Source of the DNA: the human T2T-CHM13v2.0 reference genome, Homo sapiens
Assembly: GCF_009914755.1 (NCBI RefSeq)
Contig: NC_060934.1
Length of the DNA stretch: 64,000 bases
Reading direction: 5' to 3' (one strand)
The notes beneath the pieces are model-generated. The model was not told where the DNA came from. It ran no database searches and saw only the letters and a program-made list of their open reading frames with translations. Below, piece by piece: positions 1 through 15,718 of the stretch. Every line of letters starts with the position of its first letter. Position 1 is the first letter of the stretch. Both the position numbers and the translations under genes were made by a program.

Positions 1-1050
<1,050 letters not shown>

Positions 1051-1062
1051 TTACTTTTAACT

Positions 1063-1360
1063 GGCCGGGCACGCTGGTTCACACCTGTAATCCCAGCACT
1101 AGGGGAGGCCAAGGTGGGTGGATGGCTTGAGCCCAGTTAGAGACCAGCCAGGGCAACATGGCGAAAACATGTCTCTACAAAAAATACAAAAATTAGCCAG
1201 GTGTGATGGTGTGAGCCTGCAGTCCTAGCTACTTGGGGGGCTGAAGTGGGAAGATTGCTTGAGCCTGGGTAGGTCCAGGCTGTGCTGAGCTGTGATCATG
1301 CCTCTGCACTCCAGCCTGGGCAACAGAATGAGACCCTGTCTCAAAAAAATAAAATAAAAC
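1063..1360 (+). mobile_element. Sense AluJ-like element immediately upstream of exon 2
   Basis: GGCCGGGCAC...CACTCCAGCCTGGGCAACAGAATGAGACCCTGTCTC plus A-tail. Confidence 0.9.
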
Positions 1361-1441
1361 AATTAGTAGTGAATATTCTATTTCAAATAGGGGAATGCAT
1401 AGGAAAAAGACTCACTTCAGTGTATTCTGTTGTTATTTCAG

Positions 1442-1563
1442 ACCAAAACCTTGTGTGACTGAGCTGAAGAGCAGTGCATCCAGATTCTCCTCAGAAGTGA
1501 GACTTTCCAAAGGACCAATGACTCTGTTTCCTGTGCCCTTTCATTTTTTCCTACTCTGTAGCT
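1442..1563 (+). other. TET1: TET1 exon 2, 5'UTR portion (acceptor ttgttatttcag|ACC at 1441/1442)
   Basis: AG at 1440-1441 after a pyrimidine-rich tract, 122 nt upstream of the ATG, matching my recollection of the TET1 mRNA structure (exon 2 = c.-122 to c.1914). Confidence 0.85.
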
Positions 1564-3477
1564 ATGTCTCGATCCCGCCATGCAAGGCCTTCCAGATTAG
1601 TCAGGAAGGAAGATGTAAACAAAAAAAAGAAAAACAGCCAACTACGAAAGACAACCAAGGGAGCCAACAAAAATGTGGCATCAGTCAAGACTTTAAGCCC
1701 TGGAAAATTAAAGCAATTAATTCAAGAAAGAGATGTTAAGAAAAAAACAGAACCTAAACCACCCGTGCCAGTCAGAAGCCTTCTGACAAGAGCTGGAGCA
1801 GCACGCATGAATTTGGATAGGACTGAGGTTCTTTTTCAGAACCCAGAGTCCTTAACCTGCAATGGGTTTACAATGGCGCTACGAAGCACCTCTCTTAGCA
1901 GGCGACTCTCCCAACCCCCACTGGTCGTAGCCAAATCCAAAAAGGTTCCACTTTCTAAGGGTTTAGAAAAGCAACATGATTGTGATTATAAGATACTCCC
2001 TGCTTTGGGAGTAAAGCACTCAGAAAATGATTCGGTTCCAATGCAAGGCACCCAAGTCCTTCCTGATATAGAGACTCTAATTGGTGTACAAAATCCCTCT
2101 TTACTTAAAGGTAAGAGCCAAGAGACAACTCAGTTTTGGTCCCAAAGAGTTGAGGATTCCAAGATCAATATCCCTACCCACAGTGGCCCTGCAGCTGAGA
2201 TCCTTCCTGGGCCACTGGAAGGGACACGCTGTGGTGAAGGACTATTCTCTGAAGAGACATTGAATGATACCAGTGGTTCCCCAAAAATGTTTGCTCAGGA
2301 CACAGTGTGTGCTCCTTTTCCCCAAAGAGCAACCCCCAAAGTTACCTCTCAAGGAAACCCCAGCATTCAGTTAGAAGAGTTGGGTTCACGAGTAGAATCT
2401 CTTAAGTTATCTGATTCTTACCTGGATCCCATTAAAAGTGAACATGATTGCTACCCCACCTCCAGTCTTAATAAGGTTATACCTGACTTGAACCTTAGAA
2501 ACTGCTTGGCTCTTGGTGGGTCTACGTCTCCTACCTCTGTAATAAAATTCCTCTTGGCAGGCTCAAAACAAGCGACCCTTGGTGCTAAACCAGATCATCA
2601 AGAGGCCTTCGAAGCTACTGCAAATCAACAGGAAGTTTCTGATACCACCTCTTTCCTAGGACAGGCCTTTGGTGCTATCCCACATCAATGGGAACTTCCT
2701 GGTGCTGACCCAGTTCATGGTGAGGCCCTGGGTGAGACCCCAGATCTACCAGAGATTCCTGGTGCTATTCCAGTCCAAGGAGAGGTCTTTGGTACTATTT
2801 TAGACCAACAAGAAACTCTTGGTATGAGTGGGAGTGTTGTCCCAGACTTGCCTGTCTTCCTTCCTGTTCCTCCAAATCCAATTGCTACCTTTAATGCTCC
2901 TTCCAAATGGCCTGAGCCCCAAAGCACTGTCTCATATGGACTTGCAGTCCAGGGTGCTATACAGATTTTGCCTTTGGGCTCAGGACACACTCCTCAATCA
3001 TCATCAAACTCAGAGAAAAATTCATTACCTCCAGTAATGGCTATAAGCAATGTAGAAAATGAGAAGCAGGTTCATATAAGCTTCCTGCCAGCTAACACTC
3101 AGGGGTTCCCATTAGCCCCTGAGAGAGGACTCTTCCATGCTTCACTGGGTATAGCCCAACTCTCTCAGGCTGGTCCTAGCAAATCAGACAGAGGGAGCTC
3201 CCAGGTCAGTGTAACCAGCACAGTTCATGTTGTCAACACCACAGTGGTGACTATGCCAGTGCCAATGGTCAGTACCTCCTCTTCTTCCTATACCACTTTG
3301 CTACCGACTTTGGAAAAGAAGAAAAGAAAGCGATGTGGGGTCTGTGAACCCTGCCAGCAGAAGACCAACTGTGGTGAATGCACTTACTGCAAGAACAGAA
3401 AGAACAGCCATCAGATCTGTAAGAAAAGAAAATGTGAGGAGCTGAAAAAGAAACCATCTGTTGTTGTGCCTCTGGAG
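1564..3477 (+). CDS. TET1: TET1 coding exon 2, codons 1-638 (N-terminal region plus CXXC zinc finger)
   Basis: ORF MSRSRHARPSRLVRKEDVNKKKK...KKKPSVVVPLE is recognisable human TET1. Canonical donor GAG|GTAAGC at 3477/3478; 1914 nt = 638 codons, phase 0. ORF-track residues after LE are intron read-through. Confidence 0.98.
2581..2820 (+). repeat. TET1: Degenerate coding tandem repeat, 8 x 30 nt (10 aa), in TET1 exon 2
   Basis: Units start at 2581, 2611, 2641, 2671, 2701, 2731, 2761 and 2791; six begin GGT (four GGTGCT). Peptides: GAKPDHQEAF/EATANQQEVS/DTTSFLGQAF/GAIPHQWELP/GADPVHGEAL/GETPDLPEIP/GAIPVQGEVF/GTILDQQETL. Confidence 0.8.
3313..3444 (+). other. TET1: CXXC zinc-finger domain of TET1 (about aa 584-627)
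   Basis: EKKKRKRCGVCEPCQQKTNCGECTYCKNRKNSHQICKKRKCEEL: two CGxCxxC motifs plus two distal Cys, lacking the KFGG motif as is typical of TET1/TET3/CXXC4/CXXC5-type CXXC domains. Confidence 0.97.
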
Positions 3478-4283
3478 GTAAGCAAACAGTCAAGGGGCTG
3501 GGAGACAGCTGACACTTGGTATAGTGATCTATATGCAGAGACACTTCTAGTGTCTCTAGTGTCTCTATGTAATAGTGAATTGCTTCACTATTACATATTT
3601 TTACTTTGGTACAATGTTACTTTAAGTTATCCATAAAAGAATTCCTGGACCTACCTGAAGTATGTCTTGTGCAGTGATGCCTTAGCTAGCTTATTTTTAG
3701 AATTTGTCCCAGAAAACTAGAACATACAGTTTTTTTCTCATTACAGGATTTGATGGAAACGTAGAGAAATTGTATGAAATGTGGTTTTGCAGAGATTTCC
3801 CCTATGCCTCTTTTGGCTAGTTGCATGTCTTTTTTGGCAGTCACAGATTTAAAAATTAAGAGTGGAACAAATTCATTAACTCCATAGCAGCCTGAAAAAC
3901 CAGAGGAATTAAACATCTTTCCTTTTGAAAGAACACAGTTGCATCCCTAATCTTGAAACTTTGTTTTGGAGACATAGCAATAATACAGCTTTTGTCTCAA
4001 CTTTTGGTGAGTGATTTCTACCTGCTCTACCAACCTCATAGGGTTGTTGGGATTAAAGGAAAATGGCTTGTAAACTCCAAAGTGATACACAAACATTAGT
4101 TCTTATTATAGTTTATGAACCTAAGGTAGTTAAAGGATCTGTTGATTTAGAATTTATTTAAAAACTTTTAGGGAGCTTGGTTAAAACCCAGTATTGCTTT
4201 TTTGGCCTTTTGAAACACCTGTCAAATATGATGTTTTGTGATTTTTAGATCACGCATTAAAGTTATGTTTATTACATCTACTA

Positions 4284-5905
<1,622 letters not shown>

Positions 5906-7439
5906 TACTGTGAACTTAAAATTCAGGAAACTGTTTCTATTTCTTTTTTTGTTTTTCATTTTCTTTTCTGAGACAGAGTCTCACTCTGTCACCCAGGCTG
6001 AAGTACAGTGGCATGATCTCGGCTCCCAAGTTCAAGCAACTTCTCCCTCCCAAGTTCAAGTGATTCTCTCTTGCTTCAACCTCCTGCATAGCTGGGATTA
6101 CAGGCACCCACCACCATACCTGGCTAATTTTTGTATTTTTTTTTTTTTGAGAGAGTCTCACTCTGTTGCCCAGGCTGGAGTGCAGTGGCGCGATCTCGGC
6201 TCACTGCAAGCTCTGCCTCCTGGGTTCACGCCATTCTCCTGCCTCAGCCTCCTGAGTAGCTGTGACTACAGGTGCCCGCCACCGCGCCCGGCTAATTTTT
6301 TTTGTATTTTTAGTAGAGACAGGGTTTCACCGTGTTAGCCAGGATGGTCCCGATCTCCTGACCTCATGATCCACCCGCCTTGGCCTCCCAAAGTGCTGGG
6401 ATTACAGGCGTGAGCCACCGTGCCCAGCCTTAATTTTTGTATTTTTAATAGAGACAGGGTTTTGCCATGTTGGCCAGGCTGGTCTCCATCTCCTGACCTC
6501 AGATGATCTGCCTGCGTTGGCCTCCCAAAGTGCTGGGATTACAGGCGTGAGCCACCGTGCCTGGCCTTCTATTTCATTCTTGACTTAAATTATCAGTTTA
6601 AAAATGCTGATTTTGGCTGCTTGTGGCACTTCAAGAGGCTGAGGGGAGAGGATTACTTGAGGCCAGGAGTTTGAGACCAACATAAGCAACATAGCAAGAC
6701 CTCATCAAAAAACAAAAGCAAACAAACAAACAAAATCATAGCTGGGCCGGGTGCATTGGCTCACTCCTAGAATCCCAGAACTTTGGGAGGCCAAGGCAGG
6801 CAGATCACCTGAGGTCAGGAGTTTGAGACCAGCCTGGCCAACATGGTGAAACCCTGTCTCTACTAAAAATACAAAAAATAGCAGAGCATGGTGGTGCCCA
6901 CCTGTTAATCCCAGCTACTCCGGAGGCTAAGGCAGGAGAATCGCTTGAACCTGGAGGGGGGCGTTGCAGTGAGCCAAGATCGCATAATTGCACTCCAGCA
7001 TGGGCGACAGAGCAAGACACTGTCTCAAAAAACAAGAAACAAAAAAACATAGCTGGGTATGTTGGCATGCACCTGTATTCCCAGTTACATGAGAGGCTGA
7101 GGTGGGAGGATAGCTTGAGCCCAAGAGTTCAAGGCTGCAGTTAGCTATGATGGCACCATTGCATACCAGCTTCAGTGACAGAGCCTGACCCTGTCTCAAT
7201 AAATAAATAAATAACACTGATTTTTTATTTGTCTGAGCCACTGCAAATGAGAAATCAGACATTTAATAAATCATGTATTGATGGGCATTTAAAGTGTTTC
7301 TAAAATACTTTGTTGTAAAAAATCTTACTGAGCCTGTAATCCCAGCACTTTGAGAGAGGCCAATGTATGCTGGGCGCGGTGGCTGGCAAGAGGATTGCTT
7401 GAGCCCAAGACTTTGAGATAAATAAACTGGGCAACATAG

Positions 7440-7769
<330 letters not shown>

Positions 7770-8035
7770 TGATTCTTTATAATATTTTAATTCTTTTTTT
7801 AAAGCCCCAACCATGGCAAGGACAGATTTTGAAGTTTTTAACGAGTCCTGATAAGAATTTTTACATTTAGCTAGGATTTGGACAAAGCCACCCATTCAGA
7901 CATTTTTAGGAGCAAAATGGAAAAATCTTATTTGATGCTGAGTGACGGATACACATGGGGGACAAAGGGGATGCTTTTGCTTTGAATAGTGTTGCTAGTT
8001 GCCAATTTCTGGTCTAACTTGGGGTGCTGGGATTA

Positions 8036-8272
<237 letters not shown>

Positions 8273-9089
8273 TTACTCAATCAAGTCACGTCACACATGT
8301 GGGAATAGATAAAATGTGGCCAGTTACTGATGGTTTACAAAGTAACATTTAGCAATATCTCTAGTAGAGAGACCTCCCTTGTAAGTTACTGGTTTGTAGC
8401 ATTGCCAAATGACATCATTGTAAAAAACACTGTATCTTTAATGGATATGAACACATTTGTTCTATTCTTTCTCAAACCTGCTCTTTCTCTTGCATTACAT
8501 GTTTGGTTCAGTGCCATAACAAATGATTACCCAAAATAGAATATTCAGTATCCTCGCCTCCTTTGCTCATCCATCCAAATTCTCTTGTTCTACAAGTTCT
8601 GAGCGCTACCACCTCTCCATTTTCTTGGCCACTGCTATATTGAGGCCTTTATTTCTTCATCAGGATAACTTCAGTGCTATCTTTACTATCAACAAGTATT
8701 GCACTTCTCCTAGGCTATGCACTGGAAATCCAATCATGAGCATTCTAGCCACCAGGGAAATCAGGAAGCTGAATAACAAGCTCCCCTTAGGGGAGTTCAA
8801 GTTTTCCTTCTGAAAAACATGATTCTCCTATCTAACTACATGTAGTGTTCTCTTTATGTGATATATTTCACTCAAAATAAAAGAAATAGAGCAAAACTTT
8901 CAGGGCCTTCGAATGATTAGATGAAGCCTAGATTCATTAGCAGGGAATACAGCACCTTTAAGATTTTTGCAAAACCCACTTCTGTCTTGTTTGCCTTCAT
9001 GTATCTTCACCTTCTACTTGCTGCAGCAGTATACGACTGCATACATTTCCCCAGTGCATACTCTTGCCTCAGTCTCCAGGCCCAAGTGA

Positions 9090-9478
<389 letters not shown>

Positions 9479-9526
9479 TAATTTTTATCTTATTTTTCAG
9501 TATGAACCAATGCATTTTTATTATAT

Positions 9527-9558
<32 letters not shown>

Positions 9559-9790
9559 GAGACAGAGTCTTGCTCTGTCACCCAGGTTGGAGTGAGGTGG
9601 CATGGTCATGGCTCACTGCAGCCCTGACCTCCGGGCTCAAGTCATTCACCCACCTCAGCCTCCCAGTAGCTGGTACTACAGGCACATGTCTGGCCAACTT
9701 AAAAATCTTTTGTAGAAGGCCGGGCACGGTGGCTCATGCCTGTAATCCTAGCACTTCGGGAGGCCAAGGAAGGTAGATCACTTGAGGTCA

Positions 9791-10000
<210 letters not shown>

Positions 10001-10002
10001 TC

Positions 10003-10033
<31 letters not shown>

Positions 10034-10588
10034 TATGGCGTGATGGTGGCCCACACTTTTGTAATCCCAACTACTCAGGAGGCTGAGGTGGCAGATGGCT
10101 TGAGCCTGGGAGGTTGAGGCTGCAGTGAGCTGTGATCTCTCCACCGCACTCTAGCCTTGGTGGCAGTGAGACTGTGTCTCAGAAAATATGTGTAAATTCT
10201 GAAGGAGTCTCTGAATTTATTCTCGTTTGAAGGTTGCCTGTAAGAAATAAAATATATTTAGCCCCTAAAGCCATGTACCATTTCTCAGAATGTTGACTGC
10301 TAACTCCTCGGATAAGTGAAAACAACCTTAGACTTTATTAAGTCATAGATTACATTGTAGTCTCCCATTCTTTAATTGTATGACAGTGTGTTATGTAATC
10401 TTCTGAGAGGTATCTTTTGGTCATGGAAAAAAACTTAATTTGTCATCTGTCAAGCCTAATTCAGCTTACTCTTCTTGATGTTCAGAATTACAGATAATTA
10501 AAACTGCTAGCTTTGTCACTCTCAGTCATCTAGGAATTTGCTTTCGGTTAGGGTTTTCCTTCTATGTGTTTGTAATTTTGAAAATACT

Positions 10589-10634
10589 ATAAATAGGGTA
10601 GTGCATTTTGAAACATATGCACTACCCTATTTAT
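10589..10634. repeat. Perfect 18-bp inverted repeat with 10-nt spacer
   Basis: ATAAATAGGGTAGTGCAT (10589-10606) - TTTGAAACAT - ATGCACTACCCTATTTAT (10617-10634). Confidence 0.95.
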
Positions 10635-13017
10635 TGAACAGTGAGAGATTGTTACAAAAAAGGAACGGGGGACTGTAGAGCTATTCGCAGACATTAGAGA
10701 GTAGGTGCTTTGGCTAAGCTACACTTTCACAAGTAATTTTTAGTATGTGTGAAAGCCAAAGAAAACAAAATTGGCCATGGGGACTGGCACATGCCTGTAA
10801 CCCCACCACTTTAGGAGGCCGTGGCAGGCAGATTGCTTGAGCCCTGGCATTGGAGACCAGCCCAGGCAACATGGTGAAACCCCGTTTCTCCAAAAAAATA
10901 CAAAAATATTAGCTGCGCATGGTGGCATGTGCCTATAGTACCAGCTTCTCGGGAGGCTGAGGCAGGAGGATAGCTTGAGCTCAGGAGGTGGAGGCTGTAG
11001 TGAGCTTAGATCACACTACAGCCTGGGCGACAGAGTGAGACCGTGTCTCAAAAAAAAAAAAAGGAAAGCAATCTAAAGTCGTGGACTATATCCCTGAAGA
11101 TAGGGTCTTCATATATCTCTAGCCAGGTGATTTTGGTGTAGTATCATGCATTTAATTAACTTTCATTGAATGACTGGACAATTAGTTTGCAAGTTTAGTC
11201 AAACTGAAATAATCTCTCATATTTACTCTGGTTAATGTATTTTTTGTCTAAAATATTAAAGGGCTATTATGTACTTGGTTAGTTTAAATAGAAGCATATT
11301 AGATGACACTATTTTTTTTTTTTTTTTATGGAAATGGAGTTTTGCTCTTGTTGCCCAAGCTGTTGTGCAATGGCACAATCTTGGTCACCACAACCTCCAC
11401 CTCCTGGATTCAAGCAATTCTCCTGCCTCAGCCTCCCGAGTAGCTGGGATTACAGGCATGCACCACTACGCCTGGCTAATTTTGTATTTTTAGTAGAGAC
11501 AATGTTTCTCCATGTTGGTCAGGCTGGTCTTGAACTAACCTCAGGTGATCCGCCCACCTCGTCCTCCCAAAGAGCTGGGATTACAGGCATGAGCCACCGC
11601 ACCTGGCCTTAGATGACACTATTAAGTCAGCTAATGTGCCATGTTCATTACCACGCTAGCCTCTTAATTAATGCAAATTCCACTGGAAAAAAAATTGTAA
11701 TACCTACATGGGCTGTGTTTCAGGAGCTAAAAAGTTAAGTAGTGTTAATATGATACAAATTGAACGACTGACTGTCCACTATTTTATGTGCAGGCCTTTC
11801 CATGTGATAATTGTCTAGTTCCAGGGCTGTCATTTCAGAATTACTTGACACACTCGTATTATTTTATCCCTTTTGGTGGCAGTGGGGGTGGGGCTAGCCT
11901 CTCTTGGCCATTGCTTTTCTCAGTTTTCAAACAGCCGTATCTCATTATGGCATATGTTACATATGGCATATGGAACAAATTTTTGCTACCAACTCTTTCA
12001 ATTGAGGGCAGATGTTATATGTACTTAAATATGCCTTTAAGGAATCTCTTTGTATCACTACTGAGACTTCAGTAGCATACTGCACCACAGAACTGGACTT
12101 GGGGAAAAAAACCAAAAAACAAACTTTTGTTGTTTAGTAGATATTCGTGTATAACCTCCAAGTTTGTCAGTATAAAGGCATGTAGACTGATTCTGACCCA
12201 TGGGTGTTAATTTCTGAAATTTTGTCACAGTAGTTCAAATCTTACCCTGTCATTTCGTATGTGTTATCTTTTCCAGGAAGAAAAATTTGTAAAACTGGCC
12301 AACATCTTCATCTAGTGTCAGCATAATCCAAGTTACACTGTGATGTAATATTGAGCACCCTATTATCGTGCATGTTTATTTTGCTACAGGGCTTAACTTC
12401 AGATCTCTTTTTGTTGGTCAGGCTTTTGGTTTTTTATTCCAGGGTGGTATTTCAAGAATTGACTATATCAAAGCTGCAAAAGTCCTTTTCAAGTAGCCAG
12501 CCACTGTGGGACTATGATGGATAATGGCACAAATGTTACCAGGAGGGGTAGGAGAAAGCATCTCCTTTTGCATTATTATCATACTAAAATAAGACACAAC
12601 TTCCAAATGAATCAGACTAATCTAAACAATTCAGGGCATTACCTTGACAATGAGACCCAGTGCTCAAGACATATCCAGAAGGTGTTGGCTAATTATCATC
12701 AGCTTTTCATGTCTGCTATGAGTGCAACAAAAGAGAAATTATGCTTTTTACTGATTTAATTATGCACCATTAACACCAAGTCACTGTTTCTAAAGAAGGC
12801 CCTGATGTTCTCCTGCAGAGAGAGCAGTAGAAGTGAGATGCTTGACCGGACACGGTGGCTCTCGCCTGTAATCCCAGCACTTCGGGAGGCCGAGGCAAGC
12901 AGATCATGACGTCAAGAGATCAAGACCATCCTGGCTAACATGGTGAAACCCCATCTCTACTAAAAATACAAAAATTAGCTGGGCATGGTGGCACGTGTCT
13001 GTAGTCCTAGCTACTCA

Positions 13018-13167
<150 letters not shown>

Positions 13168-13174
13168 TTAGGGG

Positions 13175-13245
13175 GTGCTAACAGCACATAACAAGTGCTC
13201 AAGAAATATTTGTTGAACAAATGATTGAATTAGTGAATGAATAAA
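13175..13245 (+). mobile_element. L2 3'-end fragment
   Basis: CACATAACAAGTGCTCAAGAAATATTTGTTGAACAAATGATTGAAT. Confidence 0.65.
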
Positions 13246-13274
13246 ATATCTTTTTTTTTTTTTAATTTTTTTGA

Positions 13275-13436
<162 letters not shown>

Positions 13437-13744
13437 TAGAGACGGGGTTTCACCATGTTGGCCAGGCTGGTCTTGAACTCCTGACCTCAGGTGATCCATC
13501 TGCCTCAGCCTCCCAAAGTGCTGGGATTACAGGAGTGAGCCACTGCGCCCGGCCATGAGTGAGTAAAATCTTACAAATACATATGAGTCAGCCTATTTTT
13601 CATATGACAATGTCTGTTAAAAGAAAAAAAAAGAAAATGGGCTGGGTGCAGTGGTTCAGGCCTGTAATCCCAGCACTTTGGGAGTCCAGGGCTGGCAGAT
13701 CACTTGAGGCCAGAAGTTCGAGACCAGCCTGGCCAACATGGTTA

Positions 13745-13984
<240 letters not shown>

Positions 13985-13990
13985 CTATAG

Positions 13991-14279
<289 letters not shown>

Positions 14280-15110
14280 TGATCTTGGCTCACTGAATCC
14301 TCTGCCTCCCGGGTTCAATCGATTCTCCTGCCTCAGCCTCCCGAGTAGCTGGGATTAAAGGCATGCGCCACCACACCAGGCTAATTTTGTATTTTTAGTA
14401 GAGACAGGGCTTCTCCATGTTGGTCAGGCTGGTCTTGAACTCCTGACCTCAGGTGATCCTCCCGTCTCGGCCTCCCAAAGTGCTGGGATTACAGGCGTGA
14501 GGCACTGCGTCCAGTCTTGTGTTTTTAATAGAGACGTGATTTCACCATGTTGACCAGGGTGGTCTTGAACTCCTGACGTCAGGTGATCAGCCTGCCTCAG
14601 CTTCCCAACGTGCTGGGATTACAGATGTGAGCCACTGTGCCTGGCCAAGAATTTCTAGAACGAATTTGATCCTAGTTTAAATGATCCCAACATCATACTT
14701 TCATATGATTTAGAAATCATAAAACTGCAACTTCTACATCAGAGGTTCTTACTCTGGGTAGGCTTCAATGGTCTGTGATCCCACCCCCTCAGAATTATAT
14801 GCAGCATATTGCATTTATATGCATTTTTTATGGTGAGCTTACCCATAGCTTGTATTGGATTTCAGAGAAAGGAAATCATATGTCCACTCCCTGAAATAAA
14901 AACAAATCAAAGAATCAGACCACTTAAAAAAAATTTTTTTGGGCCGGGCACGGTGGCGCACACCTGTAATCTCAGCACTTTGGGAGGCTGAGGCGGGCGA
15001 TCACAAGGTCAAGAGATTGAGACCATCCTGGCCAACATGGTGAAACCCCGTCTCCACTAAAAGTACAAAAATTAGCCAGGCATGGTGGTGTGCGCCTGTA
15101 GTCCCAGCTA

Positions 15111-15293
<183 letters not shown>

Positions 15294-15352
15294 TCACTGT
15301 AACCTTGAACCTCTGGGCTCAAGGGATCCTTCTGCCTCAGCCTCCTAACTAG

Positions 15353-15718
<366 letters not shown>

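Noticed and set aside
1395-1517. 114-aa ORF starting at ATG 1395
   Set aside because: The ATG is intronic (upstream of the 1442 acceptor); only the part from ATG 1518 is in the mRNA.
3478-3636. Last 52 aa of the 690-aa ORF as canonical TET1
   Set aside because: It lies past the GAG|GTAAGC donor; the real protein continues in exon 3. Kept only as a read-through hypothesis.
11660-11680. Isolated octamer ATGCAAAT (also at ~63883) as an OCT4 enhancer
   Set aside because: No adjacent SOX half-site; a few hits are expected by chance in 64 kb.
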